Positions 36,468-45,457 of a stretch of DNA of 64,000 nucleotides are shown in pieces. Below the pieces are notes generated by a model. That model saw only the letters and a program-made list of their open reading frames with translations. It had not been told where the DNA came from and did no database searches. A program made the position numbers and the translations under genes. Every line of letters starts with the position of its first letter. The stretch's first letter is position 1. Source of the stretch: an uncultured Clostridia bacterium (GTDB lineage Bacteria; Bacillota; Clostridia; Oscillospirales; Ruminococcaceae); assembly GCA_947629785.1 (NCBI GenBank), contig CANRFB010000006.1, positions 1,977-65,976 of the forward strand, written 5' to 3'.

Positions 36468-38520
36468 AATTTCGGTGAATAATATCCGCAAAAGCATACG
36501 CGATTACGCGGTATATTTTTTCACGCTGATAATAGGCGTTTCGGTGTTTTATGTCTTTAATGCGATAAATTCGCAGACCGCGTTTTTAATTGTTTCACAG
36601 AACACAAGAGACATTATCGAACTTTTAAATACCATGCTTTCGGGAGTGAGTTATTTTGTTTCCGCGGTGCTGGGACTTTTAATTGTTTACGCAAGCAGAT
36701 TTTTAATGAAACGCAGAAACAAAGAATTTGCATTATATTTAATTCTCGGCATGGGCAAAGGGAAAATTTCCGCAATTCTACTGACAGAAACAATTATTAT
36801 AGGAATAGGTTCCCTTGCGGTGGGACTTCTGCTGGGAACGGGGCTTTCACAATTAATGAGCGTGCTTGTGGCTAATCTTTTTGAAGCGGATATGACCGCT
36901 TACAGGTTCAGTATTTCAAGCGAAGCAATTCTGAAAACTATAATTTATTTCGGCGTAATGTATGTTGTGGTAATGATATTCAACAGCATTATGATAAGCA
37001 GATGCAAACTTATCGACCTTATGCAGTCGGATAAAAAATCGGAAAAAATGAAGCTGAAAAGTCCCGCTTTCTGCACGGTAATTTTCATAATTGCCGCCGC
37101 TGCTCTCGGATATGCCTATTACCGCGTTTCCACAAAATCAGAATATCTTTCGCAGGAAATTTTTGTTGCAATGATAATTGTGGGAGTAATTTCAACTTTT
37201 CTGATCTTTTGGTCTGTTTCGGGACTTCTTCTGTATATTGTTTCACGGGCAAAAAACGCATATTTCCGCGGTCTAAACTGCTTTACTTTCAGGCAGATAA
37301 GCAGCAAGATAAATACCACCGTAATGTCAATGACGGTAATTTGTTTAATGCTTTTTGTTACAATTTGTGCGCTGTCCTCGGCGTTTTCGGTGAGAAATTC
37401 CATGAACGCAAATCTGAACGAACTTGCTCCCGTGGATTTTGCGCTGGATTATTACGAAAAATATGACGGGGAAATTTATTACACCGATATTTTTGAAGAA
37501 TACGAAAAAGCAGGCATCGACCCTCTTGAAAATGTTTCGGAATATGTTCATTTAAAATGTTATCAAAGCGAAAAATTCACACTTGCGGATTTTGCGGGAG
37601 AAGATATTATGAAACAATTGCAGAAAACCTCTCCGTTCCTTGCCGCATATTATCCCGAAGATATTGTAAAATCAAGCGAATATAACAAACTTGCAGAACT
37701 TTACGGAACGGAAAAATTCTCCCTTGAAAAGGATGAATATGTTCTGATATGCGATTTCAATTCAATGAAAGAAATACGCGATCTTATACTTCAAAACGGC
37801 GGAGAAATTGAAATTTTCGGGCAAAAATTAAAGCCGAAATTCACGGAATGTCAGAACGGTTTTATAGACATCGGTTCACAGCATATAAATTCGGGAATTT
37901 TTATCGTTCCCGATGAAATTATCGGCGATTACGATCTTGGAAGAGATTATTTTATCGGAAATTACGCCGCGGAGGGCAAGGAAGAAAAGTATGCTGCGGA
38001 AGAAAAATTTGAGGAAAATTACAAAAAAGTGTTTGACAGCGTTTATGACGGGAAGCTTGCCGATCCTGTTGAAACGAACTGGTATTTTGCCGCGAACACT
38101 CGCATTGATATTGCTGAAGCTACAATAGGTCTGGGGGCGATGGCGGCACTTCTTGGGCTTTATATAGGTCTTGTTTTCCTGATCTCCTGCGGTGCGGTTC
38201 TTGCACTGAAAGAACTTTCCGACAGCGCAGACAGTATCAGCCGTTACGAAATTCTGCGGAAGATCGGCGCGGAGGAAAAGGAGATCTCCCGCTCGGTTTT
38301 CAGGCAAACGGGAATATTTTTCCTGCTGCCAATGCTTCTTGCGGCGATCCATTCCGTTTTCGGAATGAAGTTTGCGATGTTCATACTGGAAGTTTTCGGA
38401 ACAGAGAAACTTACCGAGTCGGTGTTCTTCACATCTGCGGTAATTCTTGTAATTTATGGCGGATATTTCCTGATAACTTACTTTTGCAGTTTGTCAATTG
38501 TTGGCAGCAAAACAAAATAA
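36457..38520 (+). CDS. FtsX-family ABC permease (BceB-like, 10 TM with large extracellular domain)
   Basis: MLFKISVNNIRKSIRDYAVYFFTLIIG. Two FtsX modules separated by a roughly 200-aa soluble domain. ATG 36457 after GGAGG, overlapping the ATPase gene end. Confidence 0.88.
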   Translation: MLFKISVNNIRKSIRDYAVYFFTLIIGVSVFYVFNAINSQTAFLIVSQNTRDIIELLNTMLSGVSYFVSAVLGLLIVYASRFLMKRRNKEFALYLILGMGKGKISAILLTETIIIGIGSLAVGLLLGTGLSQLMSVLVANLFEADMTAYRFSISSEAILKTIIYFGVMYVVVMIFNSIMISRCKLIDLMQSDKKSEKMKLKSPAFCTVIFIIAAAALGYAYYRVSTKSEYLSQEIFVAMIIVGVISTFLIFWSVSGLLLYIVSRAKNAYFRGLNCFTFRQISSKINTTVMSMTVICLMLFVTICALSSAFSVRNSMNANLNELAPVDFALDYYEKYDGEIYYTDIFEEYEKAGIDPLENVSEYVHLKCYQSEKFTLADFAGEDIMKQLQKTSPFLAAYYPEDIVKSSEYNKLAELYGTEKFSLEKDEYVLICDFNSMKEIRDLILQNGGEIEIFGQKLKPKFTECQNGFIDIGSQHINSGIFIVPDEIIGDYDLGRDYFIGNYAAEGKEEKYAAEEKFEENYKKVFDSVYDGKLADPVETNWYFAANTRIDIAEATIGLGAMAALLGLYIGLVFLISCGAVLALKELSDSADSISRYEILRKIGAEEKEISRSVFRQTGIFFLLPMLLAAIHSVFGMKFAMFILEVFGTEKLTESVFFTSAVILVIYGGYFLITYFCSLSIVGSKTK

Positions 38521-38530
38521 TTATCCGAAC

Positions 38531-38567
38531 GGCGTCCGGAATTCCGGACGCCGATTCGCTTTTTTTT
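38531..38567 (+). terminator. intrinsic terminator after the Bce-like operon
   Basis: GGCGTCCGG-AATT-CCGGACGCC, then TTTTTTTT after 7 nt. Confidence 0.65.
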
Positions 38568-38644
38568 GCAGGAAAATTGTAGAAATTTAACAAAATTTCG
38601 GAAAATAAATCAGTTATATTACTGTAAAATTTACAAAAAGACTA

Positions 38645-38673
38645 TTGACAAGCTGCCTGAATTATGCTATTAT
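38645..38673 (+). promoter_or_regulatory. sigma-A promoter of the adhesin gene
   Basis: TTGACA (38645-38650), 17 nt, TG-c-TATTAT (38668-38673). Confidence 0.55.
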
Positions 38674-38765
38674 AAAGAATAAGCTGAAACCGTATGGTTC
38701 GGCAATTTGAATATATAGTAAAATTTTTACATATTAGGGATAATATAGGGAAAGGTTGGTAGTCT

Positions 38766-41700
38766 ATGAAAAAGAATTACACTCCAAAACACATGAAACG
38801 GCATATAAGAACACGCAAAACCTATCCGCAGCCGATATTGGTGCTTGTGCTGGCTCTGGCTCTTATAGTAGGGTTAGTGCCTACTATGGTTATGGCGGAG
38901 GACAGCCGTCTTGGCGATGTTGTTAACTTTGAATACGGTAATGTGCTTTACAGAGGAAGCGGAACCGATATACCTGTTGAGCAGGGATCTTCTATAGGAC
39001 AATACGATGAACTTTCCCTGCATTATAACTTTACTATAAACAAAGAATTAGCAAGTAAAATTCAGGAAGGAGTACATTATGTACTTCCGCTGCCTGAACA
39101 TTTCATTCTGAATATTGATAACGGCAACATAACTAATATGCCGATTTCAGATGATAGCGGCACAAATTACGGCACACTTTATCTGGAGAACAATTCAACA
39201 TATGTTGTATTTAATATAAAAACATTGAACGAATCACTGGAAAAAGCGACAGAAGCTCTGAACGGTCATATCAGTTTTATGTGCAAACGTGATCCTGATT
39301 ATCCGCCGCAAAATTATGCCGAGCAGAATGAATTTAAAGCACACTTTGAAAACGGAACAGAATTAACATACAAATGTTCGGAACTGGAAGAACAATTACC
39401 GACAATATTTAAAACTTGTGAAAATGAACCAATTAACGGCATATACACATGGGTGATCCGATACGAACCATTTAAATATTCTGAAAGAACAGATATAGAA
39501 ATACATGATATAATAAGCAGCGGTCATAAATATGTTGAAAATTCTGCAAAAGTTAAATTTGGTTGGGTCGATGATAATAATTATACAAATATATCCCCTG
39601 AAAAAGGATCGGACAATGTATTGATTTTTAAAGGCGATGCTGTTAAAGGCACAGATTACCCTGTTTTTATAAAATATGAAACAGCAATTGATCCCGAATA
39701 TCAAAACGAACAGTGCATACCCGATGATAACGCAAGCAGTAAAACCGTTGAGTACACAAATACTGTCGAAGTCTGGGGTAAGCGTAACAGCAGCAGTCCC
39801 ACAGCTGAAAAATTTGATGATGTTCCGGAAGTAACAAGCAAAGCAACCATGTCTTATGAATGGATCAAAAAATATGCTGTAGTAGACGGAGACACAGTAA
39901 AATGGACAGTGGAATTCACCCCTGCCCTGACCGATATTACCTATCTTACATTTAAAGATACTATTCCATCAACTTACCTTGAGCCTCCGACAACGGTAAC
40001 TGTTAACTCAAGTTCTTATACTCCTGAAGTAACAGGTAATGTATTTGAAATTGACCTGTCAGGAATAATTCCTGCGCCGTCTGATGGAAAATATACCATT
40101 ACATACGAAACAAAAATAAAGGACAACGCTTTTACAGATCTTGCAAACACCCACGGCGGTTCTTTATCACTCGGAAAAAACAACGCACAGGTATCCTTTA
40201 ATTACAAGACTAAACAACATACCGTTGCAGCAAACAGCGAACCGATGTTAAACGGGTATCATATGCTCACAAAAGACGGTCAATATAATATCGGTGATGA
40301 TTCTGTAACATGGACAATAGTTATAAATCCCGAAAGCAAACTTAACATGAAAGAACTTAGTCCGATCACTCTGACAGACGAATTGCAGGATAACCTTGAA
40401 TTTGTTGAAAACAGTGTCACTTTAGATCGCGGTAATTTATCAAAAGCTCCCTTTATAAGCACTGACGGCATAGAAAGCTGGCAGCATTTCACTAATCTTA
40501 TATTTGAAATTGACACTTCAAATGTTGGTAACGAACCTATTACTCTGAAATATAAAACAAAATTCAAAAAAGGGAACACCCAAAACTGGGCATACAACAG
40601 AGCTACATTAAAATATGGAAAACTGACAGAGGTCGCTGATAAAACCGTAGATAAAGTAAATGTTGATAATCTGCTGACAAAATCCGGCAGCAGCTATGAC
40701 ATGAACAGTAATTCTATCAAGTGGGAAATAGGTATCAACAATCTCTGGTACAACCAGTATACCGGCGATATAAGCGGCGTTACACTTACAGACACCTTGC
40801 CTGTCGGTGTAGAATATGATGCAGCACAAGGCGTTAAATTATATAAAAATGACACTGACGAACAGACTTTAAGTGATGTAAGTTATAACAAAGATACCCG
40901 CCAATTAACAATAACAATTGGTAATATCCAAGCTGCAAACGCACCGGTAAGAGGCAAAATAGTTTATTACACTACAGTTAAAATTGACGAACTTGAAAAT
41001 TTACGAAGCGGAGATACCGTTGAACTTAAAAACCATGTTGATATGGAATATGAAACCAATGGAGAAAAAATTGACGCTTCGACAGATGGAATTGCAAAAT
41101 TCGGTTATTCACAGCAGGAAAACAACGGAATGAAGATGGTGGATAAATCCGGAAAACTTACTCAGGAGGGCGAAAAAACTTATATTGACTATTCCGTTAA
41201 CATTAACCCATACGGTTTTGAAATGGACGATAAGTGGTCTGTCACGGACACATTCCCCAATAATATGACGCTTATTAAAGATTCCGTACAGCTTTATAAA
41301 GCAGAAGTAAGCGGTTCATCAAGTGAAAACAGCGCTTATGCTTCATTTAAGGAAAGCACCGAAATAAAAATTGATGAAAATGCTGTCAAAATCACGGAAG
41401 GTGCTTCATCAAGTTCGTTTACACTAAAACTTCCTAAAGGTACAAAATCATGTATCTTAAAGTACAGAATGGAAGTTATAAACCCAAGGGCTTCCTACAG
41501 CAACCGTATTGCTTTGGATCACGATGGTGCAGGTAAGATAAGCAACAATTCTGACACATTTTTATGCAGCTATGCAAATATTGACGCCGGAATAGACAAT
41601 TCCGCTGCTTGTACGCTTTACATTATCAAAACGGATAATGAAAACAAACCTATCAGTAATGCAAAGTTTGTACTGACAGATAAAATCGGTACTGAATATT

Positions 41701-43745
41701 CTCCCGCCAATAATGGAAATCAATATGTTTTTTCGGGTCTGACATCCGGTGATTATATATTGCAGGAAATCTTCTATACCGGATATAATTATAAGGAACA
41801 GCTTACAATCGGCAATGATACTATAGTTAACGGAAATAATAAAGTTTATGACCCGAGCGGAAATAAAATTAATATCCATATTGAAGTCGATAAAGATAAT
41901 CCGGAAAATAACGTAATTGAGCTGCCTATAATAAATGAGAAAAATACAACCTCGCCCGAAGTCAAAACTTTCACACTCGGACTTAATAAACGTGATGCAA
42001 ACAGCGGTGATCCTTTGAAAGGCGTAGGCTTCACCATCTATGGCAGTGACGGAAAAACCATTCTTGACACACAAAAAACAAACGAAAAAGGTCATATTGA
42101 TTTTAAACTTAATATTAAAGAAGATACATACTACATAAAAGAGACTTCTGTTCCTGACGGATATGCCGAAAATTCTCTTGCAATAACATTCACTCCAAAC
42201 AAATACATAAAATCCACAGTTGAATCAATTCTTTCAAACGGCATGATCAAAGTCGCAATTTCTGATATAAGTTCAGACGATGCAGGAAAGAATATCGGTA
42301 CCATAAGCGCAACCAACAGCAGAGCATTTAAACTTAAAATTGACAAACATGAAACCGGCAACCCTGACCATCACCTTGCAGGCGCAGAATTTACACTTTT
42401 TGACAGCAACAAAAAAGAACTTGAAACAGCCGTTACCGGAGATGACGGAACACTTCAATTTAAAACACCGCTGGCTAACAACAGCAGCTATTTAATAAAA
42501 GAAACCGGAACGCCTGCCGGATATGAGATCAAAGATCTGAAAGCGAAAGCGACAATTGATGTTGACGGTGTTAACGTAGAAAAGATAGATGATTCTACTG
42601 TCAAAATAACTTTAAATGTCAAAAAAGCCGAAGCCGGAAGTCTTATTACAATAACTGCTGAAAATGCAAGAATGAAAGGTTCTGTTCTTAGTCGGAATTT
42701 CAAGCTTAAAATCAATAAGCAGGACTACAGCCAAAATCCGCTTAAAGGTGTTACATTTACACTTTACAGCGACAAGAACTGTACACATGAAATTGCACAA
42801 GGCACTACCGGTGATAAAGGCGAGTTAATATTCAAAGACGGCGATAATGAAATATCCTTGAATAATGCTTCCACCTACTACATCAAGGAAACAGCCGTTC
42901 CGAAAGGATATTTCCTCGGCACACTGTCTTGTGAACAGACTACAGGCATTGAAGGAATAACAGCAAAAGTTATAGACGACAGTAAAACAACAATTGAACT
43001 TCGTATCAACACTTCCGAAGAAGTAAACGAAAATCTTATTACCATTACCGCAACAAACAATAAGTCTTTCAATCTTGCTATTGACAAACAGGATAACAAC
43101 AACGAACCTGTTAAAGGTGTATTATTTACCGTTTACGGCAGCAAAAATGGTGAAATTGACAGAGATAATACGATTACTACAGGTACAACTAATGAAAACG
43201 GACATCTTACATTTGGCAAACCTATCGAAAACAGCAACACATATTTCATTGAAGAAACAGACGCTCCCGATGGGTATGACGTTAATAGCCTCAATGCAGC
43301 ACTTAATAAAGATATTGACGGCATAAGGGTTGATAAAGCAGCTGACGGCATTATTAAGCTTGAATTGGACATTGAACCTACAGCCACTGTTAACGAAAGT
43401 CTTATCACACTGACCGCAACAAACAAAAAGAAAGATAATGGCAATTCCGGCGATGGTGATAACGGAAATTCCGACAGCGATGATGACCCAAGCGATGACA
43501 CCCCAAACGGCGGAACTCCAGGCGGCGGCAACCCAAGCGGCGGCAATACGACTGCAAATAACAGCAAACCGATCGATAACAGCTATACGACCGACAACAG
43601 CAAGCCCGTTGAGAATGTTTCCTCAAACTCCATTATCAAGGACGCAGGCGAACTTATTGAAAATTACAGTTATATTCCAATTATTGTAATATGCGGCGGT
43701 TTCGCGGCGGCACTGATAATTTTCCTGCGTAAAAGACAAAAGTAA
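38766..43745 (+). CDS. 1659-aa surface adhesin: signal peptide, Cna-A/collagen-binding-like repeats, five Cna-B/SpaA (prealbumin-fold) modules, G/N/D/P-rich stalk, C-terminal TM anchor
   Basis: Signal/TM ILVLVLALALIVGLVPTMVMA. Recurrent (V/I)xWT(V/I)xxNP motifs. SpaA-like modules ending YxIKET..P.GY. C-terminus IPIIVICGGFAAALIIFLRKRQK. Confidence 0.85.
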   Translation: MKKNYTPKHMKRHIRTRKTYPQPILVLVLALALIVGLVPTMVMAEDSRLGDVVNFEYGNVLYRGSGTDIPVEQGSSIGQYDELSLHYNFTINKELASKIQEGVHYVLPLPEHFILNIDNGNITNMPISDDSGTNYGTLYLENNSTYVVFNIKTLNESLEKATEALNGHISFMCKRDPDYPPQNYAEQNEFKAHFENGTELTYKCSELEEQLPTIFKTCENEPINGIYTWVIRYEPFKYSERTDIEIHDIISSGHKYVENSAKVKFGWVDDNNYTNISPEKGSDNVLIFKGDAVKGTDYPVFIKYETAIDPEYQNEQCIPDDNASSKTVEYTNTVEVWGKRNSSSPTAEKFDDVPEVTSKATMSYEWIKKYAVVDGDTVKWTVEFTPALTDITYLTFKDTIPSTYLEPPTTVTVNSSSYTPEVTGNVFEIDLSGIIPAPSDGKYTITYETKIKDNAFTDLANTHGGSLSLGKNNAQVSFNYKTKQHTVAANSEPMLNGYHMLTKDGQYNIGDDSVTWTIVINPESKLNMKELSPITLTDELQDNLEFVENSVTLDRGNLSKAPFISTDGIESWQHFTNLIFEIDTSNVGNEPITLKYKTKFKKGNTQNWAYNRATLKYGKLTEVADKTVDKVNVDNLLTKSGSSYDMNSNSIKWEIGINNLWYNQYTGDISGVTLTDTLPVGVEYDAAQGVKLYKNDTDEQTLSDVSYNKDTRQLTITIGNIQAANAPVRGKIVYYTTVKIDELENLRSGDTVELKNHVDMEYETNGEKIDASTDGIAKFGYSQQENNGMKMVDKSGKLTQEGEKTYIDYSVNINPYGFEMDDKWSVTDTFPNNMTLIKDSVQLYKAEVSGSSSENSAYASFKESTEIKIDENAVKITEGASSSSFTLKLPKGTKSCILKYRMEVINPRASYSNRIALDHDGAGKISNNSDTFLCSYANIDAGIDNSAACTLYIIKTDNENKPISNAKFVLTDKIGTEYSPANNGNQYVFSGLTSGDYILQEIFYTGYNYKEQLTIGNDTIVNGNNKVYDPSGNKINIHIEVDKDNPENNVIELPIINEKNTTSPEVKTFTLGLNKRDANSGDPLKGVGFTIYGSDGKTILDTQKTNEKGHIDFKLNIKEDTYYIKETSVPDGYAENSLAITFTPNKYIKSTVESILSNGMIKVAISDISSDDAGKNIGTISATNSRAFKLKIDKHETGNPDHHLAGAEFTLFDSNKKELETAVTGDDGTLQFKTPLANNSSYLIKETGTPAGYEIKDLKAKATIDVDGVNVEKIDDSTVKITLNVKKAEAGSLITITAENARMKGSVLSRNFKLKINKQDYSQNPLKGVTFTLYSDKNCTHEIAQGTTGDKGELIFKDGDNEISLNNASTYYIKETAVPKGYFLGTLSCEQTTGIEGITAKVIDDSKTTIELRINTSEEVNENLITITATNNKSFNLAIDKQDNNNEPVKGVLFTVYGSKNGEIDRDNTITTGTTNENGHLTFGKPIENSNTYFIEETDAPDGYDVNSLNAALNKDIDGIRVDKAADGIIKLELDIEPTATVNESLITLTATNKKKDNGNSGDGDNGNSDSDDDPSDDTPNGGTPGGGNPSGGNTTANNSKPIDNSYTTDNSKPVENVSSNSIIKDAGELIENYSYIPIIVICGGFAAALIIFLRKRQK
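41609..43430 (+). repeat. five diverged tandem modules of about 355-375 nt (Cna-B/SpaA domain plus linker) inside the adhesin gene
   Basis: Module starts near 41609, 41971, 42325, 42698 and 43066. Each encodes F(K/T/N)L.I(D/N)K....PL.G..FT.Y....G...F......Y.I.ET..P.GY followed by ..(I/L)IT(I/L)TA.N. Confidence 0.6.
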
Positions 43746-43749
43746 ATGA

Positions 43750-43782
43750 TTCGGGGGATCTAAAAATCCCCCGAATTTTTTT
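43750..43782 (+). terminator. intrinsic terminator of the adhesin gene
   Basis: TTCGGGGGA / TCCCCCGAA stem followed by TTTTTTT. Confidence 0.75.
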
Positions 43783-43783
43783 C

Positions 43784-43812
43784 TTGCTTGCGGCGCAAAA
43801 TTGTGATATAAT
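43784..43812 (+). promoter_or_regulatory. sigma-A promoter of the ABC exporter pair
   Basis: TTGCTT, 17 nt, TGTGA-TATAAT (43807-43812). Confidence 0.55.
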
Positions 43813-44270
43813 GGTAATGTGAGGTGTTTTTATGAGCAAGTACAAAGAACATATCAAAGCAAATTTTTACTGTTTCCTGCTGGGTCCGCTGTTCATGATA
43901 TTAGAGGCAAGCGGAGAATTTATCCTGCCGTTCATTAATGCAAACATTATCAACAACGGCGCGGCAAACGGGGATATTCCCTATATTCTGAAATACGGCA
44001 TTTACATGGTGATAATTGCCCTTGCAATGCTTGCAACGGGCGTTCTGGGTGCTTTTTTCAGCATACGGGGTGCGGCTCGGACTGCCGCGGGACTCCGCAA
44101 GGACGTTTTTGAAAAGATACAGACTTTCTCGTTTTCGGATATTGACCGTTTTTCAACAGGTTCGCTTATAACCCGTGTAACAAACGACATTACCCAGATA
44201 CAGACATTCCTGCAAAGTGAACCGCCCCAAATTGTGCGAACAGCACAAAAAGCCCCTATGGAAAAATAAA

Positions 44271-45125
44271 TTAAGGAACGAACTGACTTCGCAATTCAAG
44301 CGGAGTCAGTTTTGTTTTAAGCTGAATGCGCTGGTGATTGTAAAAGTAAATATAGTCATCAATTAATCTTCTCGCATCAGCAAATGTCTTGATCTTAGTC
44401 CTGTGAATACACTCTGTTTTGAGGATAGAAAAGAAATTTTCAGCTAAAGCATTATCATATGGGTTGCCACGTCTTGACATTGACGGCGTAATGTGGTATG
44501 ATTGAGTTAGGTTAAAATACGGTTGTGAAGTGTATTGAAAGCCTTGGTCACTGTGGAGCTGCAGCTCCACAGTGACCTTTTCTTTCCTCTTGGCAGCTCT
44601 TATCGTATTCAATACAAGGTTTATGTTCTGATTTGTAGATGTCTTGTAAGCCACAATGCTGCGGTCATAAAGGTCTCTGATAACCGAAAGATATAAAAAT
44701 CCTTGACAAGTTTTTATGTATGAAATGTCTGTGACCCACTTCTGATTTGGTCTGTCAGCATGAAAATCTCTGTTAAGCAGATTTTCATATCTGTGCAAAG
44801 CCTGACTATAGCTGCAGTATCTTCTTCTGCGGACAACAGAAAGCAGACTGTATTTATTCATCACACGCAAAATGGTCTTGGGATCGTGATGAACACCTTT
44901 TCTCTCCAGCCATATTGCAACGCGACGATACCCGTATGTTTGCTTCGTTTCTATCTGACATTCCCTAATGAGTTCTGAAAGCTCCAGATCCTTGGCAGGC
45001 TTGTCCATGCGCTTTACAAAGCCGTAATAGCTGCTTCTGGACACTTCAAAGGATCTGCACATTTCGCTTATGCTGTATTTATCCTTGTGACAATAGATGA
45101 CCCTATACTTTACCTCAGGTCTCAC
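44271..45125 (-). CDS. IS3-family transposase OrfB (DDE / rve integrase core)
   Basis: NQKWVTDISYI, HSDQGFQYTS, SMSRRGNPYDNALAENFFSILKTE, YIYFYNHQRIQ. Confidence 0.9.
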   Translation of the reverse strand: MRPEVKYRVIYCHKDKYSISEMCRSFEVSRSSYYGFVKRMDKPAKDLELSELIRECQIETKQTYGYRRVAIWLERKGVHHDPKTILRVMNKYSLLSVVRRRRYCSYSQALHRYENLLNRDFHADRPNQKWVTDISYIKTCQGFLYLSVIRDLYDRSIVAYKTSTNQNINLVLNTIRAAKRKEKVTVELQLHSDQGFQYTSQPYFNLTQSYHITPSMSRRGNPYDNALAENFFSILKTECIHRTKIKTFADARRLIDDYIYFYNHQRIQLKTKLTPLELRSQFVP

Positions 45126-45457
45126 TTCCTTCCTATAAGCGAGAGAAAATCCCGCATAAGTTCGTTTTCCATTTCCAGAGTTTTGATTTTTGCGTCTTTG
45201 CGTGCGATAATATACTTCAATTCATTGACTTTATCGGTATTTGAGAATTTATCGTCCTTAGGTGGACGTCCTTTTTTCTTCAAAGTTATTCCCGCAGCAG
45301 CATTACGCTCTTTCTTATGTTCTCGCTTAACGAATTCTTTCACTTGTTCCTTAGTCAATCCAAGTTTCTCGCCTATTTCTTTGTGAGTCAGCCCTTTTTC
45401 TTTCAATTCGAAAATTTCTTTCCCATACATCTGTATGTGTCTGTAATTTCTTGCCAT
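45122..45457 (-). CDS. IS3-family transposase OrfA (HTH)
   Basis: MARNYRHIQMYGKEIFELKEKGLTHKEIGEKLGLTKEQVKEFVKR plus a leucine-zipper-like C-terminus. ATG 45457 is 7 nt after GGAGG. The stop overlaps the orfB GTG (GTGA). Confidence 0.8.
   Translation of the reverse strand: MARNYRHIQMYGKEIFELKEKGLTHKEIGEKLGLTKEQVKEFVKREHKKERNAAAGITLKKKGRPPKDDKFSNTDKVNELKYIIARKDAKIKTLEMENELMRDFLSLIGRK

Noticed and set aside
43560-43745. LPXTG sortase signal at the adhesin C-terminus.
   Set aside because: No LPXTG, SPKTG, NPQTN or similar motif precedes the terminal hydrophobic helix, so no cell-wall sorting signal is called.
45241-45290. A-run (GAAGAAAAAAGGA) in IS orfA as the programmed -1 frameshift site.
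   Set aside because: It is not in the canonical A-AAA-AAG register. The orfB frame also contains TAA stops (at the GAT-AAA codons of ..DDKF.. and ..NTDKV..) downstream of it, so slipping there would terminate. The orfB frame is open only over the last 40 or so codons of orfA, where I see no canonical slippery heptamer. The mechanism (frameshift versus GTGA-coupled reinitiation) is left open.
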